Assembly: GCF_004010195.1 (NCBI RefSeq)
Contig: NC_057741.1
Span: 1,311,584-1,375,583 of the forward strand
From: Chiloscyllium plagiosum
Taxonomy: Eukaryota
Reading direction: 5' to 3'
Length of the DNA: 64,000 bases
The position numbers and the translations under genes were made by a program. The notes under the pieces were generated by a model. The model was not told where the DNA came from and searched no databases. It saw only the letters and a program-made list of their open reading frames with translations. This document shows positions 1-11,977 of the stretch, piece after piece (the stretch's first letter is position 1; the number at the start of each line of letters is the position of its first letter).

Positions 1-135
1 GGGGTAAGGGGGGGAGTGAAGGGAAATGAGAAAACTGGTGAAGTCCACATTGATGCCCTAGGATTGAAGGGTCCTTAGACGGAAGATGAGGCATTCTTCC
101 TCCAAGCATCAGGTGGTAACAGAGTGGAATTGGAG
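1..135 (-). mobile_element. Penelope-like element (Neptune-type) 3' fragment
   Basis: Similar to 12670-12790 (LEEECLIFRLGTLQP-type C-terminus). Confidence 0.6.
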
Positions 136-755
136 GTAGAGTTGCCACCTCTCTCTTCCCATTTATTCTAGTGTTTCCCAAGGGATAGTGGGGATACTGC
201 AATGCTAAGGGCTATAATAGAGGGTATGGAGACTTATAAAAGTTCTTTGATAAAAAAAAAATGACCACACAATAAGTTGAATCTCATGGAATAGAAAGGT
301 TATGGCAGTATGGATGTCAAGTTCTGTCATGATTCATTGAATAATGGGAAGAAGTCCAAGGGTCAAAATGTTTCCATGTTGGTACTAAAATAAATGTAAT
401 GTTTACATAACAATTACTGTTAGTTTAAAGTAGATTCCACAACTAAATATGTTGTGTGAGCTGGATAAGGGGTCAAATTCAAAACGTGGACTCAAGAAGT
501 GCGAGGGTCAGTTAGCCTCACAATATTTTTTGGGGGGGTCTCATGGTTTGGGTGGACACCATAGGGAAAATTTTGTAAACCTACCGGAGCTGATGAAAGC
601 GCTGGGGCAATGGAGTCAAGCGTTGACTGGGGCCCTGGAAGGGATGGTGTGGATAGTGAAGCTACCTGGTGGGTGATGGCGGGGGTGGGGGGGGGGGTGC
701 GCGGACTCAATGGGGGTGGTCGCTGTCTTTTTAAAGACAGTTTCAAACAACGCAC

Positions 756-1539
756 CTTGAATCCTTCGAACCACGGCGGGGAGACTCCTGTTGAGACCCA
801 GAATCCGATCGAGATGGAAGGCGAAGACTTCGCTGCTGTCCGCCGGGGTCTTCAGGAGACCGCACGGCGTTCGGCCCGCTTTGCCTGTGCTCGCCCTTGG
901 GGAGCGCTGGCGGTGCTCACCCGCCCCTTGGAAGAGGAGGGCGGTCCGGCGGCCCGGGAGGTTTCGCCTCTGGAGGCGGTCGATGCTGGAATCGGCCAGG
1001 AAGCGCATGGCGGCGATATCCCCCGGGCTGAACCACAACGGGGTACTGTCACTGTAAATCCGGATGTTGCTGCTTCTCTCCCTCCCAGCGGCTGCCCCTC
1101 GGGAAGGTGGGGACGGCTCACCCCTGGGTTTGCCCCCAGCTGGGACCACACTGTCCCTGCTCTGCAGCACAGCCGAGCGCTTCTTCCTGGTCTTTGGCCT
1201 CACGGTGCCCCTGATTTTTAGCGGCTTCCTCCTTTTCGAGCGGAGAGTGATGTACACCACTTTGGGGTTGGAGGTGAAGTTGCCCGGTCCGCTGCCTCCT
1301 GTTGGTGGAGTGCTGGCCAGCACCAGCAGCCGGCTGGGCTGCCTGGGATTTTCGCCCGCGGCTCGCTGCAGCCCCTCTCGGGGTAAGACATCCCCCTGCA
1401 GCACCACAAAGCAGGCGTACAGCAGAGCCCCCGTGGCGATCAGCAAGTTCCTCCTGCTCCTGGGGCGCCTCCCGCTCGCCACCCAGCCGCACAGGGCGAG
1501 CAGACACAACCGCAGCTTGCCAACTCTCCGGCAAGTCAT
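756..1539 (-). CDS. GASK1B: Golgi-associated kinase 1B (FAM198B), first coding exon; gene continues left of the window
   Basis: ATG at 1539 gives MTCRRVGK...RRPRSRRNLL, then a TM segment, YITLRSKRRKPLKIRGTVRPK, SNIRIYSD...MRFLAD and CGLLK...EVFAFHLDRILGLNRSLP, all recognisable FAM198B blocks. The exon ends at a phase-1 donor CAAG|GTGCGT (756/755). The sequence is GC/CpG-rich, and the gene lies next to TMEM144 as in human. Confidence 0.93.
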
Positions 1540-1974
1540 CCTCGTGGTGATCCAACATGATGGAGTGAGGGGTAGGTGCCAGGCCGGCTCTCCAGAGCCC
1601 AGAGGCAGAGCATCACTCCCAAATCCTCTCCCATCCGCCCTGCACCTACCTGCCTCACACTGACCAATACCCACACACACCTCTTCCCTCTCTCTAACCA
1701 CTGTCATCCAGTTGCAGGGAATGAATGGAGAAGCACTGAGAACTGCCCTCACTCAGCTGTGTGTGTGTGTGGGAGAGAGAGCCATGCACTGGAGGCAGAC
1801 AGCAATTGCACAACCCTGGATTAAAGATAGCTGTCATCCTTCACATTGGAGGGCGGGAGCGCTGGGCGAAACTGTCAACTTGCTCTTCCATGTAACAGCT
1901 TGCTCTCTGGATTGTAGGAAGATATCGCCTCCACTCCCTTTCTGAATGAATTGGGCATCTTTCTAGAGACAAAA

Positions 1975-2340
1975 AAAAACCCTGCAGATGCAGGAATCCA
2001 AAGTAGACAAGCAGAAGAACACAGCGAGCCAGGCAGCTTCAAGAAATGAAGAAGTCAACGTTTCGGGTATTAACCCTTCTTCACGACTCGATATGGGGGT
2101 AGGGGGAGAAAAAGAAAGTGGGGCTGAGGAGAGTAGTGGAATGTTAAGGTAGTGATAGATGGACACAGATAGTGGGTATGACGTGGTTGGGCAATGGGAG
2201 GGATGAATCCGGTTGGTAGCTGGAAGGAAGAGGGTCAAGAGTGTGGTGCTGGAAAAGCACAGCAGGTCAGGCAACATCCAAAGAGCAGAAGAATCCTCAC
2301 TTTCTCCTAGCTGGAAGGAAGTGGAATGGAAGGGAGGAGG
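1975..2340 (-). mobile_element. Penelope-derived pLTR fragment with degenerate hammerhead, containing a nested 77-bp insertion (2231-2307)
   Basis: The minus strand reads AGTC-GTGAAGA-A-GGGT-TAAT-ACCC-GAAACGTT-GACT. The nested piece is flanked by TAGCTGGAAGGAAG at 2217-2230 and 2308-2321. Confidence 0.7.
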
Positions 2341-3250
2341 ATTGCTAGCTGTCTTCCTGTTTGTCCTATATAGTGTTTAGTGCAGTCCTTGCATGGTATT
2401 TTGTACACTACATTCGTCTTGCTCATGTTGGGTATCGGGTCCTTCTTTCTGGTGAGTTGTTGTCTGAGCGTGGCTGTTGGTTTGTGTGCCGTTATGAGTC
2501 CTAGGGGTCGCAGTAGTCTGGCTGTCAGTTCTGAGATGCTCCTGATGTATGGTAGTGTTGCTAGTCCTTTTGGTTGTGGTATGTCCTCGTTCCGTGGTCT
2601 TTCTCTTAGGCATCTGTTGATGAAGTTGAGCGGGTCTCCGTTTTTGGCGAATACCTTGTATAGGTGTTCCTCTTCTTCTTTTTGTAGTTCTGGTGTACTG
2701 CAGTGTGTTGTGGCCCTTTTGAATAGTGTCCTGATGCAGCTTCGTTTGTGTGTGTTGGGGTGGTTACTTCCATGGTTTAGGACTTGGTCTGTGTGTGTGG
2801 CTTTCCTGTATACCCTTGTACTGCGACCCCTAGGACTCATAACGGCACACAAACCAACAGCCACGCTCAGACAACAACTCACCAGAACGAAGGACCTGAT
2901 ACCCAACACTAGCAAGACGAATGTAGTGTACAAAATACCATGCAAGGACTGCACTAATCACTATATAGGACAAACAGGAAGACAGCTAGCAATCTGCATA
3001 CATGAACATCAACTAGCCACGAAACGACACGACCAGCTATCCTTGGTAGCCACACACGCAGACAACAAGCAACCACTACAGCGGACAGCTGAAACTGACA
3101 ACCGGAAGCGGCAGGGACAGACCACTATAAACACCGGAGGAAACATCAAAGGAGCGCTTCGCAGGAGGCTCCCAAGCACTGATGATGTCGCCTAGCCAGG
3201 GGACGAAACGTTTGCAACAAAAACTTCCAGCTCGGCGAACAGAACCACAG
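2341..3250. mobile_element. Penelope-like element (Poseidon-type), 5'-truncated with internal inversion
   Basis: The GIY-YIG endonuclease segment NVVYKIPCKDCT.HYIGQTGRQL occurs on both strands (minus 2341-2820, plus 2820-3075). A pLTR with a hammerhead follows at 3176-3215. Confidence 0.9.
3176..3215 (+). ncRNA. Minimal type I hammerhead ribozyme motif (Penelope pLTR)
   Basis: GCA-CTGATGA-T-GTCGCCT-AGCC-AGGGGAC-GAAA-CG-TT-TGC: intact core, stem I GCA/TGC, stem II, palindromic ACGT stem III. Confidence 0.8.
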
Positions 3251-4560
3251 TCCCATTTGCTAGCACTTAGCCCAAATCCGTCTAAACCTTTCCTATTCAT
3301 AGACCAATCCAGATGTTCTTTAAGTGTTGTAATTGTTCCAACCTCCACCATTTCTTCTGGCAACTCATTCCACCATGCAGCACACGTTGCTTGAAAAAGT
3401 TGCCCCTTAGGTCCCTTAGAAATCTTTCATCTCTCACCCTAAACTGACCTTATAAATCCTATACCCGATGCTCTGACCAATAAAGGAAAGCATACTAAAT
3501 GCCTTCTTCACTGTCATATTTACCTGTGACTCTACTTTCAAGGAACTTTGAAACTGCACTCCAAGGTCTCTTTGTTCAGCAACACTACCCATGACTTTGC
3601 CGTTAAGTGTATAAGTTCTGCACTATTTGCCTTTCCAAAATGCAGCACCTCACATTTATCTTAATTAAACACCATCTGCCACTCCTCAGCACATTGGCAC
3701 ATCTGATCAAGATCCAGTCGTACTCTGAGGTAACCCTCTTCACTGTCAACTACACTTCCAATTTTGGTGTCATCTGCAAACTTTTTAACTATACCTCTTA
3801 TGTTCACATCCAAATTGTTTATATAAATGAGGAAAAGCAGTGGACCCAGCATTGATCATTGTGGCAAACCACTGGTCATAGGCCTCCAGTCTGAAAAGAA
3901 ACTCTCCACCACCACCCTCTGTCTTCTACCTTCAAGTCAGTTCTGTATCTAAATAGTTAGTTCCCCCTGTATTCCATGAGATCTAACCTTGCTAACCAGT
4001 CCCCCATGAGGAACCTTGTTGAACACCTTACTGAAGTCCATATAGATCACATCCACCACTCTGCCCTCATTAATCCTCTTCATTACTTCTTCAAAAACCC
4101 AATCAAGTTTGTGAGACATGACTTCCCATGCACAAAGCCATGTTGACTATCGCTAATCAGTCCTTGCCTTTCCAAATACATTGTTAATCCTGTCCCTCAG
4201 GATACCCTCCAACACCTTGCCCACTACTGATGTCAGGCTGACCAGTCTATAGTTCCCTGGCTTTTCCTTATCACCTTTCTTAAATAGTAGCACCACCTTA
4301 GCCAACTTCCAATCTTCTGGCACCTCACCTGTAACTAACAATGATCCAAACATCTCAGCAAGGGGCCCAGCAATCACTTTTCTAACTTCCCACAGAGTCC
4401 CAGAGTACACCTGATGAGGTCCCGGGGATTTATCCACTTTAATGTATTTTAAGATATCCAGCACCTACTTCTCTGTAATATGGATATTTTTCAAGATGTA
4501 ACCATCTATTTCCCCATATTCTGTACCTTCCATGTCCTTCTCCACAGTAAACACTGATGC
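3251..4560 (-). mobile_element. CR1 LINE ORF2 (RT) fragments, internally deleted
   Basis: Translations [22 protein letters not shown] and LGPLLFLIYINNLD...KFADDTKIG. Confidence 0.9.
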
Positions 4561-4569
4561 TTTCTTACA

Positions 4570-5965
4570 AGATCTCTTACAACATAATCCCCTTGACATT
4601 CAATGGTATTGCCATCGTTGAATCCTCAACTATCAACAGCTTGGGGGGGGTTACTATTGACCAGAAACTAAACTAGACCTGCCAAATCAATACTGGGGCT
4701 ACAACAGCAAGTCAATGGTTGAAAAGTTTATGGCAAAACTCACACCTGTATTCATCAAAGCTCACCTATAAGGCACAAGTCAAGACTATGATGGAATACT
4801 CTACATTTTAGAGCCTGGGTGTCCTTGGAGAAGGAGCACGCGGTGTCGACCAACACCCTGGAGTTGTTCAGGGAGAGGTGGGCACCACAGGGAGTGGAGT
4901 GCATCATTTCTCCCTCCAATTCTATTTTGATTTAGTCCCTACCCTCCCCTTCACTGTTTTGATCACACAGCACTGCCCTTTGATGTGGAGGGCAGTGTTT
5001 GTCACTGGCCACCCGGGTGTTTTCCTATCTTCCTGGTGGTGGAAATTGAATAAAGATTGGTGCACTTTGTGTCTTCCACTGTGTCTCACACCTGCACACA
5101 CACACCATGAAAAAAAATAGGAGTGTTAAATTGCTGTCTCTTGTGTACAGCTGTTAATGTTTTTTGTAAACTGTTTTGTAACTTGTTTAATAAAATAAAA
5201 AAAATAAATAAATAGGAGTGTTCCCTCCCCCTCACTGTTTTGATAAAAAAAGAAAGAAAAAAAGAGTGTTTTCCTATCTTCCTGGTGGTGGAAATTGAAT
5301 AAAGATTGGTGCACTTTGTGTCTTTCACTGTGTCTCACACCTGCACACACACACCATGGGTGCTGGGGATAAAATAAAAAAAAATAAACAGGAGATTTAA
5401 ACAGGAGATTCTGTTTTGATCACACAGCACTGTCCCTTGATGTGAAGGGCAGTGTTTGTCATTGGCCACCCGGGTGTTTGCCTGATTTGAGTGTGTGTGT
5501 GTGTACAAGGACTCTCAAAAAAAAAATAAACAGGAGATAAAAAAAAGGAATACTCTACATTTACTTGGAATGAGTGCAATTCCAAAAATGCTCAAGTTGT
5601 TTAGCATCGTCCACGACAAAGTGTCACTTTATTGACACCCTCTGTCATACCTTTGATATTCAACCCCTCATCACCGACATTTCCCAACTACAAGAAGTAT
5701 TGCTACATCTCACCAGGGGTCCTCCTGCAGCATCTTCTCAAACCTGTGACCTCTACCGCCGAGAAGCAAAATGACAGCAGACGAAAGGGAACGCCACCAA
5801 TCCTCAAATCCCACGCCATCCTGACCGGGAAATATATCCCCACTTCTTGGGATTCGCACCCTCACAACATGAGGTGTACCTCCCTACACGGATTATAAGA
5901 GCTCACCACCACTTTCTCCAGGACAATTATTGATAGGCAATAAATGCTGGTCAGTAATGCCCAAG
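4570..5965 (+). mobile_element. Old LINE 3' portion (RTE-X/L2-like, family uncertain), interrupted by a Tx1 insertion
   Basis: A YKAQV..MEYS..W-like segment is split at the TSD. Related copies occur at about 21870-22340, 32480-33250 and 39650-40690 (minus). Confidence 0.55.
4809..5546 (+). mobile_element. 5'-truncated Tx1/L1-clade LINE with rearranged 3' UTR, poly-A and 16-bp TSD
   Basis: C-terminal peptide VSLEKEHAVSTNTLELFRERWAPQGVECIIS..., AATAAA and an A-tail. TSD GGAATACTCTACATTT at 4793-4808 and 5547-5562. Confidence 0.75.
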
Positions 5966-6470
5966 AAATTAAAATCAGTTCAAATTTTTAGGACAAGTTG
6001 TCTAGCTTAATATTTCGTCCTCACATTTCCTGTATAATTAAAAAAAATCTGATATAGTTTCAGTAATCCAGATGCACACATATCGGTAGCGGGTGTATGG
6101 AGATAAACTGAGGAAGGAGAGTATGAAAAATTGCTTTAAATTATTTTAAAAGAAAGAGATAAATATTGGAAAATAATTCCTAGCATGTTTTAATTTGATG
6201 GACAGAGTGGCTTCAACCTCTCGTCAAGGTTCTGTGTAATTATCTATCAAGGGCTTTTCTCTTGGTCTTCAGCCGCATTCCCGTGCGTCAGGTTAATTCA
6301 TCTCCTCCGAATGTTGAACTCAGCTGTCTGTTTTCTTTCCTTCCTAAAACCATTGCATTTATACTGCTCAGAAGGACCAGGATTGCTATACAGGACAGTT
6401 TTAGAAAGATTCTGCAGCGATTGAGAAAGTCTGGATATCTGGATACATGAACAGCTGTTTGTCTCATCAG

Positions 6471-6495
6471 CTCCGCCCCTTCCAAGACACGTGAC
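6471..6495. promoter_or_regulatory. GC box plus E-box (GTCACGTGTC on minus strand)
   Basis: CTCCGCCCCT at 6471-6480 and CACGTG at 6488-6493, in repeat-free sequence about 200 bp from tRNA-Asp. Confidence 0.4.
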
Positions 6496-6688
6496 CCCTA
6501 CAGGGTTAAAAAAAAACTCGTTTCAAGGCCCTATTTTCTTGTGAAGAACAAACCTATTTGAGGCAATATATTTCCTACACTAAAGATACGTGCTACATTA
6601 AAGAAACGTCATTGTGTTAATGAATTTTGCAAAATAAAGACTAAAAACAGTGAATGTCGCCTTCAGTGTTTGGAATTAAAAGCAGATC

Positions 6689-6760
6689 CTCCCCGGCGGG
6701 GAATTGAACCCCGGTCTCCCGCGTGACAGGCGGGGATACTAACCACTATACTACCGAGGA
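6689..6760 (-). tRNA. tRNA-Asp (GTC)
   Basis: 72 nt TCCTCGGTAGTATAGTGGTTAGTATCCCCGCCT-GTC-ACGCGGGAGACCGGGGTTCAATTCCCCGCCGGGGAG. Full cloverleaf, A and B boxes, T4 terminator at 6681-6678. Confidence 0.97.
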
Positions 6761-7551
6761 CCTCTGTACCAGCGGCCTGCAGATACTCTTTTCAGACGTT
6801 CTATTACCTACGTCACTGCAATTCTTTTATGATTTTCTGGGAAGTCTCACATCATCTCAGACTTTCAGCATCCAAAGTATTTTGCCATTATATCACACTC
6901 GTCTTTTCACTCTACTACCAAGTATAGTCTATTGAACGTGTCTTTCTCAAATAGCTCCTTACAAAGACATTCATTCATCAGGCAGACAGCACAGGTTGAG
7001 TTTAAGGCAAGAAATCAGCACCATATGGACACTATTGTGAGTTCAGCCAATCCAAACAGAAACAGGCATTTTCTACATTTTACATGCATTTTTTAATTTC
7101 ACATATATTTAGCATATTGCTCCATTCAGATTGTGGCTAAACTGTATCTCGCCCATGTATACTCTTTGGCCATATCCTTTACTTAACATCCCAGTTTTAT
7201 AATATTCCAATTAATTTAGCCTCAACAATCTCTTGCGGTAATTAGATCCAAATTTCCATTTTCCTTTCTACCACAAACTGCTTTGTGACCACCTCTGAAC
7301 GGCCTGTAATTTCACCTTTAAAGTTGTCCTGTTTCTGTGTGTATTCCCCCAACTGAAGAAATAGTTTCCCCAATCTTTTATCATTCAACACACTTCAATT
7401 AGATCACTGACTAATATTCAATACACAAGGGATTAAAAGCCTTGTGTATGCCCATAATTAAGCCATTTAGACCAGTATCATTCTGAAACATCTGCATTAC
7501 CACCTCAAAATAGATATATTCTATCTGGTGTGAGGCATTGAATTAAACACG

Positions 7552-7660
7552 GTCTCGATTAGAGTGGTGCTGGAAAAGCACAGCAGGTCAGGCAGCATCC
7601 GAGGAGCAAGAAAATCTATGTTTCGGGCAAAAGCCTTTCATCAGGATCCCTTCATCAGGA
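7552..7660 (-). mobile_element. Short Penelope pLTR-derived insert with hammerhead-like motif
   Basis: Same family as 59531-59735; minus strand CTGATGAAAGGCTTTTGCCCGAAACAT. Confidence 0.7.
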
Positions 7661-8169
7661 TTAAACGTGCTCCATAGACAGTGTACAGTACAACAAGTAT
7701 ACGCAAGATAGAGGCTTTTGGATGTTTGAGCATTAATTTCAACATGTTAAAAGCATCAATGGAAACAGGAAAAAGGTGCTGAAGTAAAAGATCATCTCAA
7801 ATGATCAGTTTGAAGAGTTGAATGGCTTACTCCTGCTCCTATTAGCTAAGTTCTAAAATACATATGTTTTAAGACAATTACTGTGTATGTGGATGGTGCA
7901 GGAAGGTTGAACTGAAGTGGAGGATTAAATGACTAATGTCAAGAAGTCTTTCAAAGTGTCTTCCTGAGGTGTCCAGCATTACGAATAACAATCTTCAGCC
8001 AATTTGTTTCAGCAAAATAGTTACAGCACAAAAGAATGCCATTCAATTCAACAAATCTGCATTGGCCCTACTAAGGAACAATTTACATACTGCCACACCC
8101 ATAGCCTGCCTCTCCCCACATCCTGGCATATTCCTTCTCTTCAGATATTTGGTATATTTTGAAATTGTA

Positions 8170-9790
8170 GAAAAACATATGGCATAGAAGGAGGTCACTC
8201 TGCCTGTCATCTCTGCATGACAAAGAACCATGCCACCCACCTTAATCCAATTTTCCAGCATTTGTTTTATATTCCTGGAGATTACAAGACTTCAGGTGCA
8301 CATCCAGACACCTTTTAAATGAGTTAAGATTTTCTGCCTTTATTGCAGTTTCAGGCAACTTAGTCCAGATCCCTATCACTATTTGGGTGAAAATTTACTT
8401 TCTCATCTTCCTGTAATTCTTATACTACTCACTTTAAATCCATACCCTCCAATCACTAGCACTCCTGGTAAGGGAAATAGGTCCTTCCCATCCATTCTAT
8501 CCACACCCCCCACAAAGTTATACATCTCAACTAAATCTCCCTTTAGTCTCCTTTCTCCAAGAAAAATAACATAGCTTATTCAATTTTTTCTTCATAGTTT
8601 AAAATTCCAGACTTGGTGACATCCTAGTAAATCTTCTTTGTGCCCTTTCAAGTGCAATTACATCCTTTCCATAATGGATTGATCATAGTGCTATAGAGTC
8701 ATAGCACAGAAACAGACTATTCAGTCTAAACAGTCCATGTTGACTATAATCCCAAATTAAACTAGTCCCACCTGCCTTTGCTTGGCTCATATTCATCCAA
8801 ACATTTCTTCATTGTGTACTTATCCAAGGACATATGTACTAATGTACTTTTAAACATTGTAACTGTACCTTTATCTACCACTTCCTCTGGAAGCACCTGG
8901 CCCATATGCTATGGTGTTTTAGTAACTCATCTAAACTCATTAAATGTCTTTGAATTTACCTGTCTCTACCATGCTTTTAGGCGGTGAACTCCAGATACCC
9001 ACAATGGATGAAGAAAAAAATCCTCAAACCCCCTCTGGTTCTTTAACTCAAAAATACATTACCTGGTTATTGACCCCTCTACTTTCTCCCTATCTGCACT
9101 ATTGATGCCTCTCACAAATTTGTTCAACTCAATCAAGTCTCCATCAGCCTCTCTGTTGGAAGTAAAACAACCCCAGCCTACCTCATTTCTCTTCACAGCT
9201 GAATCACTCCAGCCTAGGCAACATTCTGGTGAATCTCTTCTTCACCCTCGAGTGCAATCAAGTCTTTTATGTAATGTGGTGACCAGAACTGCACATAATA
9301 GTCCAGCTGTGACCTAACTAACATTATTTCCTGCTCCATCATAACCTCCTTGCTCTTGGATTCAATGCCTTGACAAATAAATCCCATATGCCTTCATAAA
9401 CATTTTATCTACCCGTCCTGCTGCCTTTAAAGATGTATGAATATGCACACTAAGATCTCTCAGGTCCTCCGTAGCTCCTCAGACCTTAACATTCAATGTG
9501 TGATCCTTTGCCTTGTTAGTCCTCCTAAAATGCATCAGCTCACACTTTTCAGAATTAAATTCTATTTGTCATTGATCATCTGATCAACCCTTCTATATTG
9601 TCTTGTAGTCGAAGGATTTCCTTCTCATTATTTATTACGTCATGAGTTTTCATCTATAACTTATTGCTCTTGCTACCTATATCCATAAATTGATAATTAA
9701 TGTAAATTATAAACAGTGAGGGACCCAGCTCCAAACCCTGTATTACGGTACTGGATTCAATCCTCCAGCCATAAAAGCCCATTGACCAGC
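8170..9790 (-). mobile_element. Cluster of old CR1 LINE fragments
   Basis: Degenerate CR1 ORF2 C-terminal and 3' UTR motifs. Confidence 0.6.
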
Positions 9791-11410
9791 AACATTTAAA
9801 AGACATCTGGATAGGTATATGAATAGGAAGGGTTTAGAGGGACATGGGTCAAATGCTGGCAAATGAGACTAGATTGTCTTGGGATATCTGGTCAGCATAG
9901 ATGAGTTGGGCTGAAAGGTCTGTTTCCATGGTGTACAGCTCTATGATTCTATGACTTGGGAGACCCAGTCCAGGATTCACTTTGAGGTAAACTTGCAGGT
10001 TGAGTCGGTAGTTAGGAAGGCAAATACACTGTTGGCATTCATCCAGTCATAGAGTCATAGAGTTGTACAGCACGGAAACAGACCTTTCGATCCAACTCAT
10101 ACATGCTGACCAGATATCCCAATCTAATCTAGTCCCATTTGCCAGCACTTGGCCGATATCCCTCTAAACCTTTCCTATTCATATACCCATCCAGATGCCT
10201 TTTAAATGTTGCAATTGTACCAGCCTCCATCACTTCCTCTGGCAGCTCATTCCATACACACAACACCCTCTGTGTGAAAAATTTGGCCCTTAAGGTCCCT
10301 ATTATATTTTTCCCCTCTCACCCTCAACCTATGCCTTCTAGTCTAAACTCCCCCACCATAGGGAAAAGACTTTGTCTATTTACCCTATCCAAGCCCCTCA
10401 CGATTTTATAAACCTCTATAAGGTCACCCCTCCAACGCTCTAGGGGAAACAACCCAAGCTTATTCAACTTCTCCCTATAGCTCAAATCCTCCAACCCTGA
10501 CAACATTCTTCTCAACCTTTTCTGAACCCTTTCACGTTTCACAACATCTTTGCGATAGGTCTTGAGAAGACTAGAATATAACAACAGGGATGGACTTCGG
10601 CTCTGGCCATACCACCTTTACAATATTGTGGCAATTTGGGCCCTATACCTCAGGAAAGATGTATTGGTCCTTTCGGGTCCAAAGGAGGTTCACGAGAATA
10701 ATTCCAAGAATGAATAGTTTAACATATGACGAATGTTTGAGCACTCTGGGACTATACTCAATGGAGTTTAGAAGGATGAGGGGGATCTGATTGAAAGTTA
10801 CAGAATACTGAACGGCCTGGACAGAGTGGACGTTGGAAAGATATTTCCATTGGCAAAATCCTTCCATCTTAACCCTTATCCATTAACATACGATTGTGAA
10901 GAATACAATAAGCAGTTCCTGTATACCATTCACTATTTGTAAAATTGTAATTACCTATCTTAAACAATGTACAGCAATCAGTCATGTGACCTGTATTATT
11001 CCTCTAAAATATACTGCTTTCGTGTGTGAGACAGAGATTCATCGAGGGGTGCCACCATAAGAAGGCTATGAGACTCCTTTGTTGTCACCTAGAATCTCTC
11101 GCCAGCTATCCAGAAATAAAGAATCTACTTTTGAACTGAAATTTGTGTCGTCCAGAGTCGAGAACCAAACTTCTACAGGAGAGACGAAGACCCAAGGGCA
11201 CAGCTTTAGAGTAAAGGGAAGACCTTTTCAAACAGAGATAAGGAGAAACTTCTTCAGCCAGAGAGTGGTGAATCTGTGGAATTCATTACCACAGAAATCT
11301 GTGGAGGCCAACTTATTGAGTATATTTAAAACAGCGATAGATCAGTTCTTGATTGCCAAGAGATCAAAGGTTATGTGGAGAAAGTGAGAAAATGGGGTTG
11401 AAAAACCTAT
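9790..11410. mobile_element. Nested CR1 LINE 3' ends: a plus-strand host, a minus copy at 10046-10557 and a plus 3' end at 9790-9955
   Basis: Peptides RGDLIEVYKI, VQRRFTRIIP and RNFFSQRVVNLWNSLP; (CTCTATGA)n tails. Confidence 0.85.
10854..11177 (+). mobile_element. Probable partial solo LTR inserted in CR1
   Basis: Interrupts the CR1 frame KIFPL|GETKTQGHS; contains AATAAA at about 11115 and ends in ...CTACA. The 5' end and TSD are not clear. Confidence 0.5.
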
Positions 11411-11977
11411 CAGCCATTCCTCTCATTGACCACAGGTCATACCCTCTACCTGTCTTCCCCTATTCCCACTTCACCACCCTGCCCCAGCCAGGTCCCCCTG
11501 TACCCACCCCTAGTCCTGAAGAAGGGTTACACCTGAAATGCTGACTTCTCCACTTCCTGATACTGCCTGGCTTGCTGTATTCTTTCAGCCTCCTACCGGT
11601 CTGTGATTGAATAATAAAGCAGACTTGATGGGCTGAATGGCCTAATTTCTGCTCCTATGTCTTATGGCCTTATGGACTCTATTACTCATTGCTTCCTGCC
11701 ACTGAGCCAATTTGGGTCCAATTTGCCGAATTGCCTTGGATTCCATGGACTCTTAACTTCTAAACAGTGTGCTGTATAATACTTTGTCAAAAGTCTTACT
11801 GATGACCATTGTGTCTGATTGTAGATGTTGGACATTGTTGAGACAAGTCGCTGTGTAGTAGAAAATGAGGACTGCATATGCTAGAACACTACATTCTTGA
11901 CACAAGTCTCTGTGTAGAAGTAACACAGATCGAACACTGTGTATAGAAATAATCCAATAGTACTCAAGTTTCTTAGT

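Noticed and set aside
610-1663. Plus-strand ORFs of 203 and 199 aa antisense to GASK1B
   Set aside because: These are the shadow ORFs expected in GC-rich coding DNA and have no recognisable motifs.
616-1752. 378-aa ORF as a complete single-exon protein
   Set aside because: Homology starts at MTC (1539) and ends at the donor at 756; the flanking in-frame sequence is UTR or intron.
2307-3195. Mirror ORFs (215 aa and 271 aa) with near-identical hydrophobic N-termini on both strands
   Set aside because: An artefact of the internal inversion of the Penelope element: antisense reading fused to the sense endonuclease frame.
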